Positions 26,001-35,836 are shown, counted from the stretch's first letter. The stretch is 64,000 bases of DNA from an uncultured Candidatus Saccharibacteria bacterium (GCA_964457775.1 CAYWEW010000007.1:6961-70960); one strand, 5' to 3'. Numbers and translations: made by a program. The notes: a model not told the origin generated them from the sequence alone.

Positions 26001-26672
26001 TTGATGTTCAGAGATGAAGATGGTTGGATGGATGTATATCGAGAAAAGGATGCATTCTGGCTACATAATGGAAATCCGAAATTTCCACATGCGATTCTTA
26101 CTTCAGGGAAACATTCGAATGGCTTTTTTAACAGCCGTTTGGTGATTCCTTATGATGAATTGATGGGAGAAGCAGCTTCTGATCTTGTTGAAAAAATGAA
26201 AATACAGATTGAGCCAATGTTAACAATTGACATGGTTGTTGGTCCTCAAACAGGAGCAACAAAATTGTCCAGGTTGATTTGTGGTGAGGTTGCCAAATAC
26301 ACAAGAAGTCATTGTTTTTGGTCTTCGCCTGCAAAGGGTGAAATCGACGGCAGAAAAGCTATGATTTTTGAGTCCGAGGAAAAGGAGTTATTTTCGGGTC
26401 GTTCAGTGTTGCTCTGTGAGGACGTACTTTCAACTGGTGGTAGTATTGATTTGACGGTTGAGGCAGTTCTGAATGCTGAGTGCATTGTCCTCCCATGTGT
26501 CCTTGTCCTTGTGAATCGTTCCGGACTTAAGGAATTGAATGGAAAAAAGATTGTCGCTCTCATTGATCGAGAAATGACGATGTGGGAACCCGATGATTGT
26601 CCGCTTTGCAAACAAGGTTCCAGTGCGGTTCGTGCGAAGGACAACTGGGCTCTGCTCACGGCCCCATATTGA
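26001..26672 (+). CDS. pyrE: Type I phosphoribosyltransferase, orotate PRTase-like
   Basis: PRPP-binding motif VLLCEDVLSTGGS. Immediately followed by pyrF. Confidence 0.6.
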   Translation: MMFRDEDGWMDVYREKDAFWLHNGNPKFPHAILTSGKHSNGFFNSRLVIPYDELMGEAASDLVEKMKIQIEPMLTIDMVVGPQTGATKLSRLICGEVAKYTRSHCFWSSPAKGEIDGRKAMIFESEEKELFSGRSVLLCEDVLSTGGSIDLTVEAVLNAECIVLPCVLVLVNRSGLKELNGKKIVALIDREMTMWEPDDCPLCKQGSSAVRAKDNWALLTAPY

Positions 26673-26701
26673 AGTGTTTATCAACAGAAAAGGAGTTTAT
26701 T

Positions 26702-27469
26702 ATGAAATCAAAAATCATTGTTGCATTTGATGTCCCAAATTTCCAGTCAGCAATCACTCTAGCCCATCAAATTGATCCAAAACAATGCAGAGCAAAAATT
26801 GGCATGGAACTTTTCACTGCCTGTGGACCTTCAGTAGTTGAGGCTTTAATGAAATTGGGATTTGAAATTTTTCTTGATTTGAAATTCAAGGACATTCCTA
26901 ATACTGTAAAAGGAGCGATTCGCTCTGCTTGTGGTATGGGTGTATGGATGACAAATGTCCACTGTGATGGTGGTCGCAAGATGTTGGATGCTGCCAAGGA
27001 AGCGGTTAGTAATGTTTCTAATCCACCCATACTCATTGGTGTTACTGTTCTCACCAGTATGGAGATTGTTGATCTTGAAGAGATTGGCGTACTTAATCAT
27101 GACATGATTCCACCGATGGATTATTTCGTCAACGAAGAAGCAAAAAAGAACTATGACAGTTCTTCAAAAACTCTTGGTCAAGTATTACGTCTGTCAGAAT
27201 TAGCACAAAAGGCAGGTCTAGACGGTGTTGTTTGCTCCGGTAAGGAAGTTTTAAGCTTAAGAAAAGAGAGAGGGGACAGCTTCCTTCTTGTGGTTCCCGG
27301 CATTCGTCTTACTGATGGAAAGAGTAATGACCAAGCACGCATTGTGACACCTGAAATTGCAATACAATCCGGAGCAGATTATCTTGTTGTTGGAAGACCA
27401 ATTACCGACGCCGTATATCCAAATGTTGCACTTGGTGATTTCAATAATCGAGTAGCTTCTGTTTCTTGA
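26702..27469 (+). CDS. pyrF: Orotidine 5'-phosphate decarboxylase (internal start of the listed ORF, with an AAAAGGAG ribosome-binding site)
   Basis: IIVAFDVPN...DLKFKDIPNT motifs of the OMP decarboxylase family. Confidence 0.85.
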   Translation: MKSKIIVAFDVPNFQSAITLAHQIDPKQCRAKIGMELFTACGPSVVEALMKLGFEIFLDLKFKDIPNTVKGAIRSACGMGVWMTNVHCDGGRKMLDAAKEAVSNVSNPPILIGVTVLTSMEIVDLEEIGVLNHDMIPPMDYFVNEEAKKNYDSSSKTLGQVLRLSELAQKAGLDGVVCSGKEVLSLRKERGDSFLLVVPGIRLTDGKSNDQARIVTPEIAIQSGADYLVVGRPITDAVYPNVALGDFNNRVASVS

Positions 27470-27495
27470 AAAATATATAATATTGTTATCGTTTA

Positions 27496-27526
27496 AACCG
27501 CAACCAGTAATGGTTGCGGTTTTTTC
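27496..27526 (+). terminator. Rho-independent terminator after pyrF
   Basis: aaccgcaacc-agtaat-ggttgcggtt followed by ttttcttt. Confidence 0.7.
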
Positions 27527-27558
27527 TTTTATAACCAATTGTATATACTGATTCAATT

Positions 27559-28158
27559 ATGAAATATGTTATCGGAATTGATGAAGTTGGGCGTGGACCA
27601 ATTGCTGGACCGGTTGTTGTGGTTGCATGTGCTGTAATGGAAGGTGTTAACCTAATACACTTATTTCCAAAAAATGAATTGCGTGATAGTAAAAAGTTGT
27701 CAGAAAAAAATAGAGAAAAAATTAGAAATGAATTGGATTATTTAAATAATGAGAAAAAAGTATTGTGGGGAATAGGAGAAGTAAGTGCAAAGCGTATTGA
27801 TGAAATAGGAATATCACCATCAATAAAAGAGGCGATGAATCAGGCTCTTACTCAATTAGAAGAAAAAGGAATTTCTTCGGAAACAAAAATTGTTCTTGAT
27901 GGTTCACTTTACGCACCTGAAAGATATGTGAATCAAGAAACACATATTAAAGGTGATGAGAAGTTTGTGGAAATATCTTTCGCCTCAATTATTGCAAAAG
28001 TGTATCGAGATAATTTGATGAAAGAAGTTGCAAAAGAATTTTCAGATTATGGATTTGAGAATCATGTAGGATATGGAACAAAAGTGCATTATGAAGCAAT
28101 TGCGAAAAACGGTATGACAATACATCACAGAAGAAGTTTTCTCAGAAAATTACTATAG
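27559..28158 (+). CDS. rnhB: Ribonuclease HII
   Basis: GIDEVGRGPIAGPVVVVA N-terminal motif. Confidence 0.9.
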   Translation: MKYVIGIDEVGRGPIAGPVVVVACAVMEGVNLIHLFPKNELRDSKKLSEKNREKIRNELDYLNNEKKVLWGIGEVSAKRIDEIGISPSIKEAMNQALTQLEEKGISSETKIVLDGSLYAPERYVNQETHIKGDEKFVEISFASIIAKVYRDNLMKEVAKEFSDYGFENHVGYGTKVHYEAIAKNGMTIHHRRSFLRKLL

Positions 28159-28205
28159 TTTTCTATGGTGTGCTAATAGTTTTGTAAGGTGTATACTTCT
28201 TACAT

Positions 28206-28745
28206 ATGACAAAGACACTTATTCTCGCAGGAGGATGTTTCTGGTGTTTAGAGCATGATATGCGTCAGGCTCACGGGGGTATCTCCGTTGTTTCTGGTTA
28301 TTCTGGTGGGGACACATTTACACCAACTTATGAAGATCACACTGGTCACAGAGAAGTTATTTTGGTTGAGTATGATTCCTCTTTTACAACCTATAAAAAG
28401 TTATTACAGTATTTTATAGACCATATTGATCCAACAGACGGCGAAGGACAATTTACAGACATAGGAGAGAGTTACAGACCAGCAATCTTTTGTGAAAATG
28501 AAGAAGAAAGGGATGTTGCAAAAAATGTGATTGATGAATTAAATAAAAGCGGAGTATATAAAGTTCCTTCAGCCGTAGAAATACTTTTACGTAAACCATT
28601 TTATAAAGCAGAAGAATATCATCAGAATTATGCAGAAAAGAACTCTACTCAGTATGGATTATATCGTCTAGCAAGTGGACGTGAGGACTTCATTCAAAAC
28701 ACCTGCGAGATAAGAGAAGAAAAAAATATAGTTTGGAGCAAATAA
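28206..28745 (+). CDS. msrA: Peptide methionine sulfoxide reductase MsrA
   Basis: Active-site GGCFWC motif. Confidence 0.9.
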   Translation: MTKTLILAGGCFWCLEHDMRQAHGGISVVSGYSGGDTFTPTYEDHTGHREVILVEYDSSFTTYKKLLQYFIDHIDPTDGEGQFTDIGESYRPAIFCENEEERDVAKNVIDELNKSGVYKVPSAVEILLRKPFYKAEEYHQNYAEKNSTQYGLYRLASGREDFIQNTCEIREEKNIVWSK

Positions 28746-28832
28746 ACGCTGAATAACCTATTGCTATTGACAATATTATTTATAGGTGTAATATTATTAT
28801 TAAGTAGTTCAATCAAAAGGGGGTTTTTGAAA

Positions 28833-29159
28833 ATGGGTAGACATAATGGTAGTCAAAAGAGGAGACCGGTTCCTCAGGTAGAATCAAATCCAAAACTTGC
28901 AGAAGTTGTGCAACTTCATCCACTCGCACAGTTTCAGCAACAGGAAAGATTGATACCTTTTAGTCAGCTCAAAATTGGAGAAAAGTTCAAACTTCCGCGC
29001 ACTGAAAGTTCACCGAAAGATGTGGAATGTCCCGTGTTTATAAAGACTGAGCTAACCAGGAAGGACATAAATAATCCAGTGTCTGATTTGTTCAACTGTA
29101 AAGCAGGACATTGGACAGGATGGTTATCTGGAGTTATTCAAGTAATCCCTGTTTTCTAA
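28833..29159 (+). CDS. Hypothetical protein (108 aa). The internal ATG is preferred over the TTG start of the listed ORF.
   Basis: TTGACA-17 promoter-like element at 28767, followed by an AAAAGGGGG ribosome-binding site before the ATG at 28833. Confidence 0.4.
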   Translation: MGRHNGSQKRRPVPQVESNPKLAEVVQLHPLAQFQQQERLIPFSQLKIGEKFKLPRTESSPKDVECPVFIKTELTRKDINNPVSDLFNCKAGHWTGWLSGVIQVIPVF

Positions 29160-29185
29160 ACCGTTCTAAACAAAAAGGAACAGAG

Positions 29186-29209
29186 CCTCGCATATTTTGC
29201 GAGGTTTTT
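29186..29209 (+). terminator. Rho-independent terminator
   Basis: cctcgca-tatttt-gcgagg followed by ttttt. Confidence 0.6.
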
Positions 29210-29277
29210 GTATTTTTGAATTGGTATTAATGATGTATTTACTATAAACTAATAACCACTAACCACTAACCATCTTT

Positions 29278-29661
29278 ATGAGTACAATTTTTTCAAAAAT
29301 TATTTCCGGTGAGATATCAGCATACAAAATTTATGAGGATGAATATGTGTGTGCTTTTCTTGATATTAATCCTATACATAAAGGTCATACACTTGTTGTT
29401 CCAAAAGTGGAAGTTGATGATTTTCTAAAACTTGATGAAGAGATGTTTGATAAAGTGATGCACCGTATACGTTACGTAGCTCAGGTCATCAAAGGAAAAA
29501 TAAATTGCGAAAGAGTTGTTATGTTAGTCGAAGGTTATGAAATTCCACATGCTCATATGCATCTTATTCCGACGAACACTGGAGCAGATTTTGATAAGAA
29601 AAATATTTATAAAGCAACCAAGGAAGAGTTAGAAGAAGTCCAGGAATTATTGCAATCATAA
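29278..29661 (+). CDS. HIT-family (histidine triad) nucleotide hydrolase
   Basis: HAHMHLIP histidine triad. HKGHTLVVPK. Confidence 0.85.
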   Translation: MSTIFSKIISGEISAYKIYEDEYVCAFLDINPIHKGHTLVVPKVEVDDFLKLDEEMFDKVMHRIRYVAQVIKGKINCERVVMLVEGYEIPHAHMHLIPTNTGADFDKKNIYKATKEELEEVQELLQS

Positions 29662-29665
29662 TATC

Positions 29666-29917
29666 ATGAGTTTTACTGAGGCTGTATATAAAGTAGTTGC
29701 AAAAATCCCAAAAGGGAAAGTTCTCACATATAAAGAAGTTGCAATACGTGCAGGTAATCCTAAAGCAAGTCGTGCGGTTGGGAATATCCTTAATAAAAAT
29801 AATGATCCAAATGTTCCATGTCATCGTGTTATTAGAAGTGATGGAAAAATAGGAGGATATAATAAAGGGAATAAAGAAAAGATTAGACGTCTCAAACAAG
29901 AAGGTGCTATTATGTAA
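29666..29917 (+). CDS. Stand-alone MGMT/Ogt-type methylated-DNA-protein-cysteine methyltransferase DNA-binding domain
   Basis: PCHRV active-site motif and a helix-turn-helix. 83 aa, lacking the N-terminal domain. Confidence 0.7.
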   Translation: MSFTEAVYKVVAKIPKGKVLTYKEVAIRAGNPKASRAVGNILNKNNDPNVPCHRVIRSDGKIGGYNKGNKEKIRRLKQEGAIM

Positions 29918-29919
29918 AC

Positions 29920-30273
29920 ATGAAGTATTTAATTATTAGAACCATTGCTGTTCTTGCCACAAGTTATATTACTAGAGTTGGCGTACCGTTAGTTTTTACT
30001 TTGAGTTCAATTGCAAGCACTCTTTGGACCGCTCTTTTAGTAGCTGTTGTTATTGCATTAATTAACCATACCATTAAGCCAATATTCATGTTAGTCTCCA
30101 TTCCGGTTAATTTGATGACACTCGGATTATTTTCATTTGTAATTAACGGAGCAATGATTCTACTTGCAGCGCGTATAATTGGGCCAACCTTTAATATACC
30201 AGGACTATTGATGGCGATATATTTTTCAATTGTTCTTGCTATTATCAACTGGGTACTTCACATATTTGAATAA
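29920..30273 (+). CDS. DUF360 / phage-holin-4-like small membrane protein
   Basis: Four predicted TM helices. VINGAMILLAARIIGP pattern. Confidence 0.5.
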   Translation: MKYLIIRTIAVLATSYITRVGVPLVFTLSSIASTLWTALLVAVVIALINHTIKPIFMLVSIPVNLMTLGLFSFVINGAMILLAARIIGPTFNIPGLLMAIYFSIVLAIINWVLHIFE

Positions 30274-30275
30274 TA

Positions 30276-31022
30276 ATGAAAATAGTTTCTCTTAACATTG
30301 AATGTAATAAACATTACGAAAGGTTTCTTCCTTTTCTGGAAAAAGAGAATCCAGATGTAATTTGTTTACAAGAGGTGCTTGAAGAAGACCTTCAATTTCT
30401 AGTAGAAAAACTTGTAAATTTAAACTATATATTTAAGCCTTTTGAATATGTGACATCTAGTCATCCAGATTATAAGAAACTTTATGGTAAAAAAATGGGG
30501 AATGTTATTTTTTCAAAGAATATTATGAATTCCGGATATTCATATTATTGGGGAGATGAAAGTTACAGTATGATGCCATTTGATGAATATGATACAAAAA
30601 AAGATCAACTTAAAAATTATGTTTTTGTATGGGCTGATATAAAAGACGAATCTGGAGAAATATTTAGATGTGTTACAACACATTTCCCTGTAACTAAAGA
30701 AGGTGAATCAACTCCACTTCAACTAGAAATAACTGCACCATTTTTTGCAAAATTAGATGAACTTGGTGACTTTGTTTTGTGCGGGGATTTTAATGCTCCA
30801 CGAGGAAATGAAACTTTTAGAAGAATTGCAGAAAAATATAAAGACAATATTCCAGCAAAATATGTGACCAGTTTGGACCAAAATTTACACAGAGTAAAAG
30901 GTATTATTTTTATGGTTGATGGTTTGTTCACAACTAATGGCTACATAGCAAAAGACGTATCATTGATTGATGGAGTAAGTGATCATATGGCAGTAGTTGC
31001 AGAAATTTTTCCTGTTAAATAA
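30276..31022 (+). CDS. Endonuclease/exonuclease/phosphatase (EEP) family protein
   Basis: VICLQEV N-terminal motif. C-terminal SDH of the EEP fold. Confidence 0.75.
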   Translation: MKIVSLNIECNKHYERFLPFLEKENPDVICLQEVLEEDLQFLVEKLVNLNYIFKPFEYVTSSHPDYKKLYGKKMGNVIFSKNIMNSGYSYYWGDESYSMMPFDEYDTKKDQLKNYVFVWADIKDESGEIFRCVTTHFPVTKEGESTPLQLEITAPFFAKLDELGDFVLCGDFNAPRGNETFRRIAEKYKDNIPAKYVTSLDQNLHRVKGIIFMVDGLFTTNGYIAKDVSLIDGVSDHMAVVAEIFPVK

Positions 31023-31469
31023 TTATTTGTCTGGGGTGATCTCTTCTACATCTTCTTGAATCTCATCAACATCTTTCTGAATTTCATCCACATCCTTTTG
31101 AATTTCTTCAATATCTTCCTGAATTTCTTCGTGAGCTTCTTGAATATCTTCCACATCTTCTGCAATCTCACCAACGTCTTCTGCGATTTCTTCAACATCT
31201 TCCTGAATCTCATCAATGTCTTTTTCAACGTTTTCAAGTGCGCGTGCTTGGTAGTTAACACTCAATTGTATGAATATAGATAGATATATTGCTTCCAAAG
31301 AAACGATAGTTGTAACAATAAGTAGCACTCTATCAAAATCAAATCCAAAGAACACCATAACAAAAGCACCTGCAAATAAAAGGGTGTGAATAATTATCGA
31401 TGGCACCGAGCCAATGCCTCTAGTTACAGAAAGTGCTATGGTTTCAAGCTTATTAAGAGGTATTTTCAT
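31023..31469 (-). CDS. DUF1003-like two-TM membrane protein with an acidic heptad-repeat tail
   Basis: N-terminal hydrophobic DUF1003-like region. The C-terminal tail has nine 7-aa repeats [VI][DE]EI[QA][EK]D. Confidence 0.5.
   Translation of the reverse strand: MKIPLNKLETIALSVTRGIGSVPSIIIHTLLFAGAFVMVFFGFDFDRVLLIVTTIVSLEAIYLSIFIQLSVNYQARALENVEKDIDEIQEDVEEIAEDVGEIAEDVEDIQEAHEEIQEDIEEIQKDVDEIQKDVDEIQEDVEEITPDK
31034..31228. repeat. Imperfect 21-nt tandem repeat (about 9 copies) encoding the acidic heptad tail of the DUF1003-like protein
   Basis: Reiterated atcttc[ct]tgaatttcttc... units visible on the plus strand. Confidence 0.7.
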
Positions 31470-31508
31470 GTTGTTTTTACTATACCATAAAAGTGTTAGA
31501 ATAGGGAT

Positions 31509-32666
31509 ATGATAACAGTCATACCAATTATTATGTTGTTAATGTTCCTCTTTATTGTTGTAGGAATTGGTTTCCTTATTTATTCATTTACTATTAAAAA
31601 AAATATCATGAACGGAGAAATAAAAACAAAAGCACTAGACGTATTCGTTTACTTGGGAATTGCGATATCACTTGTATGGAGTGTTGTTAATCTTTTACAA
31701 ATTATATTTTCTGCAATTGATAGAAAATTTGTGGATGTATTAAATGCTACGATGTATTTGGATACATATAACAGTGATGTTAGATTTGCTATCGCATCAC
31801 TAGTAGTGATGTACCCAATCTATTTAGGATTGTCGTGGTATGTAGCAAATGATATACAAAAGTTTTTATATAAGCGTGATCTTCTAATTAGAAAAGTAAT
31901 GGTGTACATAACATTATTTGTTACTGTGTGTACTCTTATAGGCACACTTGTCTCACTTATCTATACATATTTAGGTGGTGAGTTATCTGTGAGATTTGAA
32001 TTAAAAGCACTAGCAATATTTGTAGTGGCTCTTTCTTTGTTTGCTTATTATTTGTATTCAATGAAAAGAGATTATTCAAAGAAAAGTAATGTTCCTTTAA
32101 TTTTAAGTATAGTAGTTTCAACTGCAGTTGTTGTATCTTTGGTTTGGAGTGTGAGTATTATTGGAACACCATCACAAATGCGTGCGAAGAGATTAGACAG
32201 TACAAGACTGTCTGATATTTCTAGAATACAACAAGAAGTTTTGAGTCGAGTAAATATGACTGATAAAATTCCAGCTGAACTTTCAGAATTGAATAATGCT
32301 TTCCAGGGATATGCTATTCCAGTTGATCCAGTTACAAAGGAAGCTTATGGATATAATGTTATACAACAACCAACATTTAAAATGAATTATGTTACTAATA
32401 AAAAAGAATTAGTAACACCTGCAATATTCGAATTATGTGCGACATTTGAAACGGTTCGCAATGTTGATGCAAGAGGTATGTCTATTAATGCATCAGAGCC
32501 GATGAAAGTTGGTGTGGGTGGAGGTGTAGGAATTGGTGTAATGGATATACAGTATTCTGCTATGAACTATTATTACGAGGGCGATCAATCACCTTTCTGG
32601 AATCATGAAGTAGGGGAGAAGTGTTTTAAGAGAATTATATCTTCCGAAATGTATTACGGTCGTTAA
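31509..32666 (+). CDS. Hypothetical polytopic membrane protein with a C-terminal soluble domain
   Basis: Five to six TM helices, then a Gly-rich motif VGVGGGVGIGV. No recognised family. Confidence 0.5.
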   Translation: MITVIPIIMLLMFLFIVVGIGFLIYSFTIKKNIMNGEIKTKALDVFVYLGIAISLVWSVVNLLQIIFSAIDRKFVDVLNATMYLDTYNSDVRFAIASLVVMYPIYLGLSWYVANDIQKFLYKRDLLIRKVMVYITLFVTVCTLIGTLVSLIYTYLGGELSVRFELKALAIFVVALSLFAYYLYSMKRDYSKKSNVPLILSIVVSTAVVVSLVWSVSIIGTPSQMRAKRLDSTRLSDISRIQQEVLSRVNMTDKIPAELSELNNAFQGYAIPVDPVTKEAYGYNVIQQPTFKMNYVTNKKELVTPAIFELCATFETVRNVDARGMSINASEPMKVGVGGGVGIGVMDIQYSAMNYYYEGDQSPFWNHEVGEKCFKRIISSEMYYGR

Positions 32667-32936
32667 AAAAAATCACTTTATCTACTGCGTTGTGTGAGAT
32701 TTTTTCTCCATGCGCCGTACTTACTCGTACGCCTTAGTCATAAAAATCTCACACGCCTTTTATCTAAAGCAATTTTTTCATAACGAAAAATAAAGAACTA
32801 CTTTACGAATTAGTTTCGTAAATACAAAGAACGATACCGAAAGTATCGTTCTTTGTATTTCTAAAGAATAACATCCTAACTTCCTAACGTGCATTTTTGT
32901 TTTGCTACTACATGATAATTTGATAGTATAGAGAGT

Positions 32937-35789
32937 ATGAAGTTATACGACCATAAAAATAATGACGCTAAGTGGCAGAAGGATTGGGAAGATAAAAAAA
33001 TATATCAAACTCCCGTCAAACCAAACGGCAAGAAGTCATACATTCTAGACATGTTCCCATATCCATCAGGAGACGGCCTACATGTTGGTCATCCAAAAGG
33101 ATATATTGCAACAGATATTTATTCGAGATTTAAGCGTATGAATGGCTATGACGTGCTGCACCCAATGGGATGGGATGCCTTTGGTCTTCCCGCAGAACAA
33201 TATGCTATCAAAAATAAAATACATCCTAAAATTGCAGTAGAAAAAAATGTTGCAATGTTCAAGCAACAACTTTCTCATCTTGGTCTTAGTTATGATTGGT
33301 CACGAGAAATAGACACAACAGATCCTAATTTTTATAAATGGACTCAGTGGATTTTTACAAAGTTATACGAGAAGGGTTTAGCTTATGAAAGTAATGAACC
33401 AATCAATTGGTGTCCAACATGTAAGACCGGTCTTGCGAATGAAGATGTTAATGCAGATGGGACGTGTGAGAGATGTGATACTAAAGTAGAGAAGAAACCA
33501 ATTCGACAGTGGGTGCTTAAGATTACTGATTATGCAGATAGAATGCTTTCGGATTTAGACACTCTCAATTGGCCTGAAGGGGTGAAGACTGCTCAGAAGA
33601 ATTGGATTGGACGTAGTGAAGGTGCAGAATTTGATTTCAAATTAGTTGACGCACCACAGGAGTCAGTGAGAATTTTTACAACTAGAGCAGATACACTTTT
33701 TGGTGCAACGTATGTAGCTATATCAGCCGAACTAGCTCAATCATGGTTGAAGATGAATTTTAAAATGAGTGAAGATGTCAAGAAGTATATTGTAGCTACA
33801 TTGGAAGATCAAAAGAAAGAAAATGATTATTCTGTCGTTCCTGAAAAAACAGGAGTGTTCACGGGCGTATATGCAATTAATCCTGTAACACAAGAAAAGC
33901 TTCCAGTATGGATTGCGAATTATGTAATGGGTGGAGTTGGCACTGGTGCAATCATGGCCGTACCAGCTCACGATGAACGTGATTATGAATTTGCAAAGAA
34001 ATATAATCTACCAATTAAGCAAGTTGTTCTTCCAGTTTTTGTCGATAAAGTTAATCCACCTAAAGTAGACGCTGAAGATACTGTTCGTCATGGTGTGATT
34101 GTTCTTGTTAAACACTGGTCCGAAGAAAAGTATTTGATTGATTATTCTCCGAAGTTTAATTGGAAGTGTTTATTCACAGGTGGTATAGATGAAGGGGAAG
34201 ACCCACTGGATTCTGCTGTTAGAGAAATAAGAGAAGAAACTGGGTATCAGAATATAAAGGAAGTAAAATATATTCCACTTGAACATGTTGATAAATTCCA
34301 TGCACCACATAAAGGGGTTAATAGAGTTGCATATCAAAAAAATATCTTTATTCAGCTTCTAGATGGAGAAACAAAAGAAAGAACAGAAGAAGAAAAAGAG
34401 CTTCACCATATTTCTTGGTTAACAAAAGAAGAGATGAGAAAAACGATTTCACTTCCAAATCATCTTTTTATTTTTGAGACGGCATTACAAGATGGAAATG
34501 TTTTGACTGAAGACGGTATTCTTTCTAATTCTGGTAATTATTCTAATTTGGAATCAAAAGAAGTAAGAGAAAAAATCATAAAAGATTTTGGTGGTAAAAA
34601 AGTTGTAAAGTACAAAATACAAGATTGGGTATTTGCTCGTCAAAGATATTGGGGTGAACCATTTCCTGTTGTTCGTGATGAAAATGGAAAAGTGTATATG
34701 GTTGACGAAAGTGAACTTCCAGTACTACTTCCAAATGTAGAGAGCTATGAACCAACAGATACTGGAGAGTCACCACTTGCAACTATTACGGACTGGGTAA
34801 ATGTAAAAGGCTTTATTACTGACAAGGGGACATTCAAACAATCAGCTGACGGAAAAGTATTCACTCGCGAAACAAACACAATGCCACAGTGGGCAGGTTC
34901 ATCATGGTACTATCTTCGCTTTGCAGATCCGAGAAATGATAAAGCACTTATTGATCCAGAGATAGAAAAGTCGTGGTTACCAGTTGATGTATATGTTGGA
35001 GGGGATCATGCAACAAGACATCTTATCTATGCGAGATTTTGGCACAAATTTTTGTATGACATTGGAGTCGTGTCATCAATCGAACCATTTTCACGTTTAG
35101 AGTTCTTAGGATTTATTCTTGCTGAAGATGGACGTAAGATGAGTAAGAGATGGGGGAATATTATCAATCCAGACGATGTGGTAGCCGAGCATGGAGCAGA
35201 CACACTTCGAGTGTATGAAATGTTCATGGCACCATTTGAACAAACTGCCTCATGGAGTACATCAAGTATTAAAGGTTCAGATAAATTTTTGGACAGAGTG
35301 TATTCACTTCAATCAAAAATTGTAGAGAAAAGTAATGTGACCAATGTACTTCATAAGACAATTAAAAAAGTCACAGAAGATATTGAGAGTTTTAAGTTCA
35401 ACACAGCAATATCTCAGATGATGATATTAACTAATAGTATGGAAGATGGGGAATTTACAAAAGATGATTACAGTACTTTCTTGCAAATTTTAGCCCCGTT
35501 TGCACCACATCTTACAGAGGAAATTTGGTCCAAATTAGGGCAAAATACATCAATTCATAGCTCGGTTTGGCCATCATTTGATGATAAATATCTAGTCACA
35601 AATGAGGTAACTATAGCAATTCAGATAAGCGGAAAGATGAGGGGAACAACTATTACAACACGAGATTTGTCAGATGACAAGATGATAGAATTGGTAAAAA
35701 CCCTTGAAATATATAGGAAATATGTCGGTGATGCCGTTCCTAAAAAAATAATAGTAATTCCAAATCGGCTAATTAATATAATAATTTGA
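32937..35789 (+). CDS. leuS: Leucyl-tRNA synthetase carrying an inserted Nudix-hydrolase domain
   Basis: HIGH (HVGH), KMSKS (RKMSKRWGN), the CP1 region and AHDERDYEFAKKYNLPI. A Nudix box GGIDEGEDPLDSAVREIREETG is inserted upstream of the conserved leucyl-specific segment ILSNSGNY...YKIQDW, which aligns to E. coli VLFNSGEF...YRLRDW. Confidence 0.95.
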   Translation: MKLYDHKNNDAKWQKDWEDKKIYQTPVKPNGKKSYILDMFPYPSGDGLHVGHPKGYIATDIYSRFKRMNGYDVLHPMGWDAFGLPAEQYAIKNKIHPKIAVEKNVAMFKQQLSHLGLSYDWSREIDTTDPNFYKWTQWIFTKLYEKGLAYESNEPINWCPTCKTGLANEDVNADGTCERCDTKVEKKPIRQWVLKITDYADRMLSDLDTLNWPEGVKTAQKNWIGRSEGAEFDFKLVDAPQESVRIFTTRADTLFGATYVAISAELAQSWLKMNFKMSEDVKKYIVATLEDQKKENDYSVVPEKTGVFTGVYAINPVTQEKLPVWIANYVMGGVGTGAIMAVPAHDERDYEFAKKYNLPIKQVVLPVFVDKVNPPKVDAEDTVRHGVIVLVKHWSEEKYLIDYSPKFNWKCLFTGGIDEGEDPLDSAVREIREETGYQNIKEVKYIPLEHVDKFHAPHKGVNRVAYQKNIFIQLLDGETKERTEEEKELHHISWLTKEEMRKTISLPNHLFIFETALQDGNVLTEDGILSNSGNYSNLESKEVREKIIKDFGGKKVVKYKIQDWVFARQRYWGEPFPVVRDENGKVYMVDESELPVLLPNVESYEPTDTGESPLATITDWVNVKGFITDKGTFKQSADGKVFTRETNTMPQWAGSSWYYLRFADPRNDKALIDPEIEKSWLPVDVYVGGDHATRHLIYARFWHKFLYDIGVVSSIEPFSRLEFLGFILAEDGRKMSKRWGNIINPDDVVAEHGADTLRVYEMFMAPFEQTASWSTSSIKGSDKFLDRVYSLQSKIVEKSNVTNVLHKTIKKVTEDIESFKFNTAISQMMILTNSMEDGEFTKDDYSTFLQILAPFAPHLTEEIWSKLGQNTSIHSSVWPSFDDKYLVTNEVTIAIQISGKMRGTTITTRDLSDDKMIELVKTLEIYRKYVGDAVPKKIIVIPNRLINIII

Positions 35790-35836
35790 CGTTTTTGGCA
35801 AATTCTGTTAGAATAGAGAAAACTAATTAATAATAT

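Noticed and set aside
32770-32936. T-box riboswitch upstream of leuS
   Set aside because: Hairpins are present, but there is no T-box consensus sequence and no recognisable specifier-loop context. Only an unspecified structured leader is left.
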